A model generated the notes under the pieces. That model did not search any database, was not told the DNA's origin, and saw only the letters and a list, made by a program, of their open reading frames with translations. A program made the position numbers and the translations under genes. 64,000 nucleotides of DNA, taken from Nitrospirota bacterium (GTDB taxonomy: Bacteria; Nitrospirota; UBA9217). Of the stretch, positions 30,501 to 40,046 are shown in pieces; within the stretch, counting starts at the first letter, position 1, and every line of letters starts with the position of its first letter. The stretch is from the NCBI GenBank assembly GCA_963845065.1, contig CAWJQQ010000001.1:672001-736000 (forward strand), given 5' to 3'.

Positions 30501-30673
30501 ATATGGAGTCTATTTGATGTTCTGCAAATCAGCAGAATAGGGAGAAGATAAAGCAGCCATGCAACAAACCCAACTGGCGTTATTACATCGAGGATAAATA
30601 TGCCCGATGTTAAAAATGCAACGAAAAGATATTTTAAATCGTAAATGGATATTTTTTTCACAAGAGTATTCAT
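27515..30673 (-). CDS. Membrane hybrid sensor histidine kinase (PAS-PAS-GAF-PAS-HisKA-HATPase-REC)
   Basis: GGIAHDFNN, NLATNARDAM, FEPFFTTK, GTGLGL and C-terminal REC (LDMIMP, MSGY). Confidence 0.95.
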   Translation of the reverse strand: MNTLVKKISIYDLKYLFVAFLTSGIFILDVITPVGFVAWLLYLLPILLICRTSNRLHIIVFTSVCTVLMFVGLILSPTGVGLKYGLLNCFLGVFVFWLTSAFYLNHVRVEKSLSVSEIKYRLLFQKIPIGIFNYDPKLQINDCNDSFVAILQSRRDALIGLDMHTLSDQRVLPAIIEAIKGNDGNYEGFYKNTTSQAGIHIRMLTAPIFDQDGNIKGGVGIVEDFTEQAKIKDSLLEQKKFTDNLLENSAVATFVLDAQHKITLWNKACEELTGFSSSDMLGTDNQWRPFYKKKRATLADIVIDANYNDLPALYPIYTKSTLSPDALHSEGWRRNLHGKDRYILFDAAPLYDSKGVLIAVIQTLQDITERKYAEEEINRNYDTQAVINSLLLLSLEKVPLEDILDRALALVLSIPFLISQSSGAIFLVESDPGFLALKAHRNLDERIQKMCARVPMGKCICGQAALTGKIIFVDNVDKRHETPYDDIVPHSYYCVPIIFSGKILGVLSVYLKDGHKSNERERELLITISNTLAGIIVRSQAEDSLVESEQKLQAITDTATDAIILIDHEERVVYWNSSACSMLGYAPEEIMGKNIMVIIPHRYRETHALAFKKFVETGQGSLLGKTYQVFAVRKDGTEIPVELAVSGIRLKDKWHAAGIIRDISERKKLESQLMQAQKMEAVGQLSGGIAHDFNNILSAIIGYGSILLMKTNEDDPLRTNVQHLLEAADRAASLTHSLLAFSRKQILNSRPADLNEIIRRVEELLRRVIGEDIELHTVFKQNTVTVNADSGQIEQALMNLATNARDAMPHGGSLLIESEVIEVDDTFIRAHGYGEIGMYVVVSVTDTGMGMDEITRKKIFEPFFTTKEVGKGTGLGLAMVYGIIKQHLGFIDVYSELGKGSTFKIYLPLIASEHETRRTSSSVPEDKLQGGPETVLIAEDDVALRTLFRTVLSEVGYTVIDAENGIDAVIKFMNNKDVIKIILLDMIMPKKSGKEAYDEIIKVRPDVKILFMSGYTADIKAAEELLQSGVEFILKPISPKDLLERIRACLDA

Positions 30674-31158
30674 ATTGGCAGGTTAAGTAGGCTTTTAAAT
30701 CAATTATTCATACCGCCAATCCAAATGATAAATATATCTTCATGACCATGTCCCCCATACAAATCTATAATAACGTTGTCGAATATTTATTATGATAGAA
30801 TCGACACTTCGAATCGGGTCGAAAAATGTGTGAATTGCAACGTATAGCAACTACAACAATGTCGGAATGTCACTTACACGACACGTTTCAGCTGTGTTTC
30901 TTTACTTCACGCCCCTGCTGGCTCTAATGATGAGCATTACCTAAGTGTGCAGTATCCGTCAAGCAAGACAATTAATGAGTGAGTTTGCAACTTACGCCCA
31001 TACATGGCTGTAGCAAGTTTGTAGCACGGATCACGTCGTTTGCCTGTCGCATTGTTTGTAAATGCTGCAACGAACCAAGGCTGAGGTCAATGCCGCCAAC
31101 GTCAGTATTCGAGGTCGCTGCTGCTTTTTCTGTTGGGGAAAGTGGTACATCTCGCGGA

Positions 31159-32073
31159 TCACTTTTTTTTGAGTGTTTTCCCTATTAATACGGAGCATTT
31201 CGAATGCGTGAGGATATTCCTTGATACGCTTCCCAGTAAACCCTCGATTACCCTGACCCCTCTGCTGCCCACGGCTATTAGCTCGGCTCCTATCTCATCA
31301 CCTGTTTTCAGGATTTCCGTTGAAGGGTCTCCAACTTTGGACAGGACATGGATATGTTTGTATCTTTTATCCAAGACTTTTCTCGACTGTTCAAGAACAT
31401 GTTCAGATTCCGCAAATTCAATCTCCCTCCTGCCAGCCACAGTCTCCTTAATCCGATCATTGATCTCCAACACAAAACGTTCGGGGATATCTGAAAAACC
31501 CGATGCTATTACATTTACGATGGTCACTTCTGTCGAATCTGGAAATGGTATGGTAGATAATATTTCTCCCGTGTCTCGGGAACAGTCGGAGCCATCAGTG
31601 GCAAAAAGGATTTTCAAACTATCAGGATGTGGTATTACCGTAGGCTTTACGGCAAGGACCGGTTTAGTCGATTTTATCGTGACCAACCTCGTTACGCTCC
31701 CGAGAAAGGCCGATGCGATTCCCTTTATTCCCCTCGCACCCATCGCTATCATGTCCATGTTCGCTGCTTCGGCCGCATCCATGATACAGTGCTCGGGGGT
31801 GCATTGGGTTGGTGAAAATTCATCGATCTGAACGCTTACAGTCGCCTTCACCGGTTTTAAAATAGCCAGTGCGGAATCGAGAATGCGGGGTCCGATCTCC
31901 TTTTTTATCGCTTTGAGGGTGCTGAAATAGAACTTTTCGTCATTTCGGAATGGGACCGCGAAGATGGCATGAAATACTGTTATGGAGTCATCTCGGGATA
32001 AATTGATACGGGTCAGGAATCGCGCCGTATGTTCTGAGTATTGAGATCCATCTGTTGCAAGTAATATTTTCAT
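31159..32073 (-). CDS. Tandem universal stress protein
   Basis: Two Usp domains, each with KIL.ATDGS and G.RG...LGSV. Confidence 0.92.
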   Translation of the reverse strand: MKILLATDGSQYSEHTARFLTRINLSRDDSITVFHAIFAVPFRNDEKFYFSTLKAIKKEIGPRILDSALAILKPVKATVSVQIDEFSPTQCTPEHCIMDAAEAANMDMIAMGARGIKGIASAFLGSVTRLVTIKSTKPVLAVKPTVIPHPDSLKILFATDGSDCSRDTGEILSTIPFPDSTEVTIVNVIASGFSDIPERFVLEINDRIKETVAGRREIEFAESEHVLEQSRKVLDKRYKHIHVLSKVGDPSTEILKTGDEIGAELIAVGSRGVRVIEGLLGSVSRNILTHSKCSVLIGKTLKKK

Positions 32074-32593
32074 GATTTCACCTGATTTTCATCCGAGATG
32101 CAGCGCATCAGCGCTTAAAAAAGCCGCGACTTGCAAAATAACTCTGGAACCTGTCGTGCAGCGTTTCGACTCTTTACTACACGATATTATTATAGCAGTT
32201 TTAAGAATATTATTAAGTCTCAAATACAAAATATGCGTAGAAGGTTCCGATACAGTTTTATGTTTAGCGGAAATTATTACTGGCAAGAAAAGGCAGAACT
32301 ATTGCAAATTTCAACCAGCAATTTTCGATACCAAATGCACTGAGTCTAACGAAAAAACTCACTGGGAGCCTGGATGTTTCGGCGATCCAGTAAGGTGGCT
32401 CATCATGCATGCCTGCATTTATTATTAATATTCACTGCTTCGCTTGTTGTCTTTTGGCATTTGAATCTACTATGAGATTTATTTGGAAACGTCTCTTTTT
32501 GCTAAATTTCACAGGACTCCTAAAAAGTTCTTCGAGCATTTTACAGCAAGGTCAGTGTAATATACAATCTCCAAAAGACGCAACTGTCGAGGA

Positions 32594-33277
32594 CTAAAAG
32601 AACGAATGTGTTGATAGCAAATAATATCTGTAGAGAACTAACTTAAAGTACTCGGACAGAAGTTCGTACAACGTAGCATGATAGTTTGATGCATAAATGA
32701 AAAGACCTATACGACGTCCTTTTACATATTTTAAAAATGCTAACCATGTCCTCATGGTGTGATAAGGAGAAGTCACCAAGATCAAATGCTTATAGGCCCT
32801 CTTAGAAGAAATGTCAGCAATACCTTTTGCCTCTGCCAGCGTACCGAAGAGACTATGTTTTAATGCCACCAGTTCTATATCCTCCTTCTTCACGCCGTGA
32901 TCAGCCAATTTATTTATAAGCCATTCATCATTTGTTAAATTTCTGCCAAGCGTATGATCGTATTCAGTTATCCCTGGTCTGTTTAATGACAATATTTTTT
33001 TACACAAGCCGTGATGATACAACTCTGCAGCAGTTTCGGTTTTTCTTTCAAGCTCAGCTTGTGATCCGCCTAATAGATAAATAATATTATCTGTTTGTGA
33101 AGGCGAGATATAAGGACTCTTCGGGAGGGGCTCAACTCTCGTTAATTGTTTGATTAGCAGGCTATAAAGTTCATTGTGGCCAGGAAAGGTTTCAACGCTA
33201 ATAAATAACAGGCAAAAGATGGCAAAAACGCTGGCCCAGAGAACGAAGGATACTTTCTTAATAAGATATTTGTTCAT
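32594..33277 (-). CDS. YdcF/DUF218 family protein
   Basis: LLGG, T..EA, LVTSPYH..R and EYFK motifs; N-terminal TM. Confidence 0.8.
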   Translation of the reverse strand: MNKYLIKKVSFVLWASVFAIFCLLFISVETFPGHNELYSLLIKQLTRVEPLPKSPYISPSQTDNIIYLLGGSQAELERKTETAAELYHHGLCKKILSLNRPGITEYDHTLGRNLTNDEWLINKLADHGVKKEDIELVALKHSLFGTLAEAKGIADISSKRAYKHLILVTSPYHTMRTWLAFLKYVKGRRIGLFIYASNYHATLYELLSEYFKLVLYRYYLLSTHSFF

Positions 33278-33577
33278 CGATATTATTGAGCGTTGATAAG
33301 GCTATATCGTGACATAATCAGGTCGAGTGTCGTATACCGTAAATGGATTTATTCTTTGCAAGTATGCTCGCTGTAATCCATAGTCACAGAATTCTCCAGC
33401 AGATCGGAATCAACCTATACATCAATTAACATTTGGAATGCACTTTTTTTACATTTACGAACATGAACCTATAAGTACAACTTTCTTAGTAGAGGGGAAT
33501 ACATAAATTAAAAAAGGAAAAGATAAATTGGGCAGTCTATATAGAAAAAAATTAATATAAAAATCTCTCCAAATAGA

Positions 33578-33631
33578 AACCTCCTGTTAAGAATGTGTTA
33601 TTGGGGAAGTCAATTCTTGAACAGGAGGTTT
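33578..33631. terminator. Hairpin downstream of the Ig-repeat gene
   Basis: AAACCTCCTGTT...AACAGGAGGTTT inverted repeat. Confidence 0.45.
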
Positions 33632-33758
33632 AGGATGGATCGCTTTATGTTACCAGGCTTCTAGGGTTTTGTCAATTTGAGAACGAGAAGAATCAGTCGC
33701 CGCTCTTAGCAGTACTTGCAATGATTCAGGAATCCATAACCTTCAAGCCGGAAGGATG

Positions 33759-35777
33759 TCAAATGGTCATTGTAGCCTCATTTGAATAGCTGCTTTCCTG
33801 TCCTGATATATCTACGTCAGTAACGACAAAATAATACGTTCCGGGGAGGAGGTTCAATGTTTGTGTTATGGTCGTAGTCCCGGGATTTGAAAAATTCACT
33901 ACCTGTGTATACGCGTTGCTTGCGGTTCCATAATATATTTTATACGTTGATATATCTGTAGCTGGATTCAACGGAGTCCCATCCGAATAAGACGTTGGGG
34001 CGTCCCAGGTAAGCGTTACGACAGTGGGTGCCGTAACTGTCAGTGAAGCAGTTCCCGAAGCGCCACTCCAGATAGACGAGATTAGGGTTGATCCTGCGGC
34101 AACAGCAGTGGCAAGTCCTCTTGAGCCAACTGCATTGCTGACCGTTGCTACACCTGCGGTAGAGGAACTCCAGGTAACTGACGCAGTCAGGTTCTGCGTT
34201 GTGTTGTCTGAGAACGTGCCGGTTGCCGTAAACTGCTGCGTCGACCCAGTAGCAAGAGAAGCAATAAGAGGCGTTACGGCGATTGAAAGCAATGTCGCCG
34301 GAGTTACCGTCAATAGAGTTGATCCTGATTTGTTCCCTAATGTCGCCGTGAGCGTCGCCGACCCGACTGCCACCGGTGTCGCCAATCCATTTGAGCCGGC
34401 AGCATTGCTTATGGCTGCGATAGACGATGCCGATGAACCCCAGGTCACTGCCGTTGTCAGGTTTTGCGTCGAACCGTCGGAGTACGTCCCTGTAACAGTG
34501 AATTGCCGGGTGGTCCCTAACGCTATGCTCGGGCTGGACGGCATTATTGCCAGGGAGACGAGCGTTGCCTGCGTTACCGTAAGAGTCGTGCTTCCGGAAA
34601 TGCCTCCCAATGTCGCCGTGATGGTCGTTGACCCGACTGCCACCGGTGTCGCAAATCCATTTGAGCCGGCAGCATTGCTTATGGCTGCGACAGACGATGC
34701 CGATGAACCCCAGGTCACTGCCGTTGTCAGGTTTTGCGTCGAACCGTCGGAGTACGTCCCTGTAACAGTGAATTGCTGGGTGGTCCCTAACGCTATGCTC
34801 GGGCTGGATGGCGTTATTGCCAGGGAGACGAGCGTTGCCTGCGTTACCGTAAGAGTCGTGCTACCGGAAATGCCTCCCAATGTCGCCGTGATAGTCGTTG
34901 ACCCGGCTGCCAGCGGTGTCGCAAATCCATTTGAACCGGCAGCATTGCTAATTGTTGCTGCCGAAAGCGACGCAGAACCCCAGGTCACCAATTTTGTCAA
35001 ATCCTGCGTTGTATTGTCGGAGTAAGTCCCTGTAGCGATAAAGTTTTGCAATGTTCCCACTGCAATGTTTGGATTGGTCGGAGTGACCGAAATGAACACG
35101 AGTCTTGCGGGGGTCACTGACAGCGTCGTTGACCCCGAAACACTCCCCAATGCGGCCATGACCGTTGTTGATCCTGAGGCCACTGAGGTGGCCAATCCAT
35201 TGGAGCCTGCTGTATTGCTGATGGTTGCCACGGCCGCTGAAGACGAACTCCAGTTCACTAACGCAGTCAAGTCCTGAGTTGTGTTATCAGAAAATGTACC
35301 AATGGCAGTAAACTGGTGGTTCGTTCCCGCTGCAATGCTTGAATTGGTCGGTGTGACTGCTATAGACACAAGCGTTGCCGACGTAACATTCAGTGTGATC
35401 GATCCCCAGATGCCGCCCAGAGTCGCTTTAATAATTGTATTGCCGATGCCTCTGGCGATTACAGTAATATGCCCGGGAGAGTTTACCGCTGATGCAGTCA
35501 AGCTAGCGGAGTTGATTGTTGCTACGCTAGTATCAGTCGAAATCCATGTCGCAGAAGTTGTTAGGTCTTGTGTCGTGTTATCCGTATACGTGCCAACCGC
35601 CGTGAACTGTTGGCTCGTGCCCGTTGCTATTATCGAAGTAGTTGGTGTTATGTTAAGGGATACGAGTTGAGCCTGTTTGCCACTTGTGGAGGTTGGAATA
35701 CTGCTCACGCCGCATCCAATTAGATTTGAAATAAACAATGATACCAGGAGAACGGAATATATCTTCTTGCTTAACAT
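33759..35777 (-). CDS. Surface lipoprotein with six Big_2 Ig-like repeats and a C-terminal FN3-like domain
   Basis: LIGC lipobox; repeated L.SI..TP...QF.A.GT.SD...V.W.S; LTWDAP...Y.IYYG...YYF.V. Confidence 0.9.
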   Translation of the reverse strand: MLSKKIYSVLLVSLFISNLIGCGVSSIPTSTSGKQAQLVSLNITPTTSIIATGTSQQFTAVGTYTDNTTQDLTTSATWISTDTSVATINSASLTASAVNSPGHITVIARGIGNTIIKATLGGIWGSITLNVTSATLVSIAVTPTNSSIAAGTNHQFTAIGTFSDNTTQDLTALVNWSSSSAAVATISNTAGSNGLATSVASGSTTVMAALGSVSGSTTLSVTPARLVFISVTPTNPNIAVGTLQNFIATGTYSDNTTQDLTKLVTWGSASLSAATISNAAGSNGFATPLAAGSTTITATLGGISGSTTLTVTQATLVSLAITPSSPSIALGTTQQFTVTGTYSDGSTQNLTTAVTWGSSASSVAAISNAAGSNGFATPVAVGSTTITATLGGISGSTTLTVTQATLVSLAIMPSSPSIALGTTRQFTVTGTYSDGSTQNLTTAVTWGSSASSIAAISNAAGSNGLATPVAVGSATLTATLGNKSGSTLLTVTPATLLSIAVTPLIASLATGSTQQFTATGTFSDNTTQNLTASVTWSSSTAGVATVSNAVGSRGLATAVAAGSTLISSIWSGASGTASLTVTAPTVVTLTWDAPTSYSDGTPLNPATDISTYKIYYGTASNAYTQVVNFSNPGTTTITQTLNLLPGTYYFVVTDVDISGQESSYSNEATMTI
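33921..34688 (-). repeat. 768-bp inverted repeat, arm 1 (partner 40827-41594)
   Basis: Reverse complement matches 40827-41594; the encoded protein segments are identical. Confidence 0.9.
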
Positions 35778-35809
35778 TGCTATGAACCTTCCCTTCTCTG
35801 AATGAGCAA

Positions 35810-35843
35810 TAAAAAAAGCCGCCAGCAATTGCCTCTGGCGGCT
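35810..35843 (-). terminator. Riboswitch-coupled intrinsic terminator
   Basis: AGCCGCCAG-loop-CTGGCGGCT followed by a T tract, overlapping the aptamer 3' strand. Confidence 0.85.
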
Positions 35844-35921
35844 CGGCGGACGTTGTATCCATCATTCGTTAGTCCCGTGGCTCTGCGTCCCTGGGTTTCC
35901 CCAGGTTTGCTCTGAACAGAG
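35833..35921 (-). promoter_or_regulatory. GEMM-I (c-di-GMP-I class) riboswitch, A20 variant
   Basis: GAGCAAACCTGGG-GAAA-CCCAGGGACGCAGAGCCACGGGACTAA...CCGAGCCGCC with P1 CTCTG/CAGAG. Confidence 0.9.
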
Positions 35922-36248
35922 TGAGAATTAACACGTTACATTTCTCGTATTCTCAAATATCGCACGATCGTATATATCGCGTGACTATATCTTACTGGGC
36001 GTCTTTCATATTGTCTGTGATTCTTATTACATTTTCAGTCCTGTCAGGTTGTTACGCAAAAAGGTAATATTGGTATGATCACGATGTTTTTTTTCGTGAA
36101 CGGACGTTTCGTTATTCTGTTGAAAAATTGCATTTTATAAAAAAGTCGACCTCCAATATCTGTAGAATTTTGTTGCTACTGGGAAAAGTGCAATCAACTC
36201 TTGATAATCGCCACGAGAAGATAAACACTGACCAAACACTTTAAACAA

Positions 36249-37204
36249 CTCCGCAACCCTGGATTTATCCATGGGGATAGAGGTGCTTGAGTTATAGCGG
36301 ACATAGTGGACATTTAATCACTTATATGATATGCTAAATATAGTTGTCTTGGCAAAGCAAGTGGAATCACCATCATTTATCCATGAGTTGCCTCTTCTGG
36401 TCAATAAATCCCGGCAGAGGCACTTCTCACACGCATGGAGACGGCCTGGCAGCTTTATAATGCCTTGGCGAATCTCTTAAACGATTAGACCCCATGCGAG
36501 GACCCAAGCAATATCAAGAGGCCCGTATTGCCCCCCCTATGCGGATAAGGAAAGCGGTCAAGAGCGTTTAAGGCGGTAAATGAGAAGTTTAGCTTTTCTG
36601 CGTTCAGCTTGCATAAGTTCGCTGTTAAGACAAAGAACGCTTGCCACCATACGGTCCAGAAGATTGCTACACGGGCTTTTGATGCGGCACAGAAATATGC
36701 TTTCAGGAAAAGAGGCAGGCCGAGGTTTAAAGGCAAGCGTCAACTCGTGGGAGCTCGCAAATGAGGTTTTGGCTTTAGACAAAGTCATTAATCTGGAAAT
36801 ATGTGCTACAAATCATTTCAGCGCATTTTTGGTAAAAGCGTGGGTTTAAGGGCTCCGGGGACGTTTGCAAAAATTACTTGCTCGTGCATATCACGTAAAA
36901 GATGGCGTTCTCGATTCTGCTGGGGCAGCAATGTTCTGGTCGGGTGCGGAACCGCTCCTTAAACAGACTATATCGCAACTGCATCAACAATCTGCGAATG
37001 CGAGGAGTGCTTTTCCTCAAAGCTTCGGCCTCAAACAAAGTACTCGTTTAGGCCAGAGCGAGAGTAGATCGCCTGTGAAAGAAAATCATGCCAAACTCAA
37101 TGTTCAGGATGTTGTAAGGGCGGGCCATTGCTGTCGTGAGAACTCCGAAGAGAGAATGGTTAAGGTTTTCAGAACTCCCTGACTTTAGTCTCGGGAAGGT
37201 TCAG
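36249..37204 (+). mobile_element. Decayed, internally deleted IS200/IS605 (tnpB) element
   Basis: Left hairpin CCCTGGATTTATCCATGGGG; fragments SPSFIHELPLLV, QKIATRAF...RPRFKG and WSGAEPLL; right end AGAACTCCCTGACTTTAGTC...TTCAG. Confidence 0.7.
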
Positions 37205-37443
37205 GGCTAATTTATTTTTCCCGAAAGGTAGCCCATGGAATAGCAGACATGCAGAGATCTATTGTCGTTGAACTCAGCACATAGGCAGTCAGTTCAAATT
37301 GAGACAAAGCTCCTAGTATCCTAGAGCTATCTAACAATACTCGCAGGCATATAACTGAAGTCCTGGTAAATGCTGATGCCCAGTCTTTCGTTGGAGTCTA
37401 CCTGCGTGGGCTTGGCTTTTAACTTCTAAAGACAATGTCCTAG

Positions 37444-38815
37444 ATGACAACTGTCACGACATCGTGCACTAACGTTCTTTGACAATCGAGTAGCCACATT
37501 CTGTACTATCATGGACACCACTAAATACAAAGGTGGTGTTCATGAAAAAGAAAGTGCAGCAGGAACGAGCGGCAACTGTGCAACGGTATCTCGCCGGAGA
37601 AGACCCGGAGAGTATCTGCGCCTCATTGGGTAGATCGCGGCGATGGCTGTACAAGTGGTTGGCGCGGCATATCCCTGACGATTCTGCTTGGTATGAAGAT
37701 TTATCACGGCGTCCCTTGGTAAACCCACACCGCACACCTGCGGAGATCGAAAAGATCGTCGAGATGGTGCGATGGCGTCTGTACAACAATGATCTTTTCT
37801 GTGGAAGCCAAGCTATTCTCTGGGAAATGGAGGACATGAACATTCAGCCGTTTCCCTCCATTAGTACAGTTGACCGGATCTTGCGCCGCCGTGAATTGAC
37901 CTATAGGCGGACCGGACGATATACTCCAAAAGGAAAGAAATATCCGTCGCTCCCGGCGCTCTTGCTTAATCAAACCCATCAGGTTGATCTGGTCGGCCCT
38001 TGCTACCTTACCGGCCCAATTCGTTTCTACAGCCTGCATGCGGTCGATACTGCGACCAACCGATGTGGTATAGAGCCGATGCCCTCCAAAGCAGCGCAAA
38101 ACGTTTTGGACGCCGTTCATGCGGTTTGGCTGCGCATGGGCATCCCGGAGAACCTTCAGGTGGACAATGAGATGGCCTTTTTCGGGAGCCCGATTCATCC
38201 CCGCGGCATGGGGCCACTTATTCGTTTCTGCCTGCATTATGGCGTTAAGCTATGGTTTATTCCACCATCCGAACCGTGGTGGAATGGAATCGTCGAGAAG
38301 TTCAATGACCATTACGAACAGAAATTTTTCTACAAGGTTCCTATGGCCTCATTGACGCAGCTTCGGCAAGAATCACTGGCATTCGAGCACTGGCATAACA
38401 GCACCTATCGCTACAGCAAACTTAAGGGGAAAACGCCCCTCAAGGCGTTGGCTGCTACAGAGAAGAAATTAATCTTCCCGAGCAAGAGAGATACCCCAAA
38501 GCACCCCTTGGATAAGCCGGAGGAAGGTTCCTATCACCTCGTACGATTCATTCGAAGCGAATGCCGGCTGAATATCTTTGATGAAATATTCCCAGCTCCA
38601 TCGGAGACCCAATACGAATACATTGTGGCTACTGTCGATGTCAAAGAACAAAAGCTCAAGCTCTTCTTGGATACGATCCAGGTAGAAGAATATCCTTATT
38701 TGCTACGATGCCCATTGAAAATGGTCACGGCATCGGAAGATCAGATGGTTTCAGAGTTTCGATTGAACGATGTAGTGACAGTTTTTCTTGTGCACGATGT
38801 CCTGACAGTCATCAC
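37444..38815 (+). mobile_element. IS481-like insertion sequence
   Basis: Imperfect terminal IRs (ACTGTCACGACATCGTGCAC / GTGCACGATGTCCTGACAGT) flanked by CTAG on both sides. Confidence 0.8.
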
Positions 38816-38819
38816 CTAG
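37542..38819 (+). CDS. IS481-like transposase (HTH + integrase core)
   Basis: RSRRWLYKW HTH, HQVD, LQVDNE..F and P..P..NG.VEKFN DDE motifs. Confidence 0.88.
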   Translation: MKKKVQQERAATVQRYLAGEDPESICASLGRSRRWLYKWLARHIPDDSAWYEDLSRRPLVNPHRTPAEIEKIVEMVRWRLYNNDLFCGSQAILWEMEDMNIQPFPSISTVDRILRRRELTYRRTGRYTPKGKKYPSLPALLLNQTHQVDLVGPCYLTGPIRFYSLHAVDTATNRCGIEPMPSKAAQNVLDAVHAVWLRMGIPENLQVDNEMAFFGSPIHPRGMGPLIRFCLHYGVKLWFIPPSEPWWNGIVEKFNDHYEQKFFYKVPMASLTQLRQESLAFEHWHNSTYRYSKLKGKTPLKALAATEKKLIFPSKRDTPKHPLDKPEEGSYHLVRFIRSECRLNIFDEIFPAPSETQYEYIVATVDVKEQKLKLFLDTIQVEEYPYLLRCPLKMVTASEDQMVSEFRLNDVVTVFLVHDVLTVIT

Positions 38820-40046
38820 AGCTTTGGTTGATGGGAATAGAGACATTTTCTCAAAACTCATATAATCAGAAACTATATTCGGCATTATCTGCTAATAAAA
38901 AATATAACTTTGATTTGACCTGGGATCTCACTGCGAAAGCAGTTACTCAACGTGATTCCAACTTTAGTAATACACTAAAACAACTCCTTCTATACCACAA
39001 TTTTAACTTGAACTGTCCTTGCATAAGTGATACACTTTTCCCCGTTAACATGAGCCTGCTGTAGGGGCTCATCCTAAATTGCTGGATGCCTTTCACGCGT
39101 CGGTGAAGGGATATAGATCAGGTTCTTACGTTCCATGAACATCGCCCTGATGATATGGTTTAAAGTAAACATAACTTACCCGTAGTTCGTCTAGTATTTG
39201 ATTAAAGTAATCAACAAGGATAGTTTATTGCCACCGAGATTTGCGTTAGTACCGCGTTGTTGCTGGTTTCCAACGATTACTGCAATCTACAATTCCAGAT
39301 GGCAAATTGAGTAATACTTCAAGCCGACGTCTCGGTACGAGTTTCAGCAACACCGAAATCGTTTTTAACCTTCACATAAAGAATTTTATTATCTGACGAA
39401 CAAAGCGAAGGAATCGGGCTGTATAGTTTTGATTTTTATCGGGGACTAATGAAATGATAGAAAAGCTTCACGCTATTTAATTCCTTGTTGCATATTTCAT
39501 AAAAAATGGAATTTTCTCCGCTGAAATCGCTGTTACCAATCCGGGATGGCCGGATGGAACGGCATATATAGTAGTGGCTCGAATTCTAAAGGCAATTGGT
39601 CCGTCACAAATGGTTTACGATGAATTCGATAGCACACTCCTGGATGAAAGCAAAAATTCTTTCGGCATTCCGGAAATTTCCACTCTTGACTGAGCCAGTT
39701 TTTGGAGATCGTCACAACCCAATAATCCACTTCTTTCCACCTAGCACAATAATTCGGGGGAGGTTCCCGTAGGATTCTAGAGTTCTCGATAGCTTTGTCA
39801 AAAAGAAAAAAATATTAAGTTAATAAGGCAACGTAATCAATTTGTCTCGGCGTTTGGGTCCGGACCATCTTCCGCGATAATCCCGGCAACAGAAGTACAA
39901 CAAACTATCAATAAGATTACCAACCGGACATCGACAGAAGGTCGATATGTAAACACTATACGGAAAATTCCAGGTAATAAAACCCGGCAAATGGAAACAA
40001 AGTAACGAAACATTCCGTGAGGGGTACCTCATGTGAGGTAGATCGC

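Noticed and set aside
34024..35670. Long plus-strand ORFs (also 40760-41491 on the minus strand)
   Set aside because: Antisense shadows of the Thr/Ala/Ser-rich Ig-repeat genes
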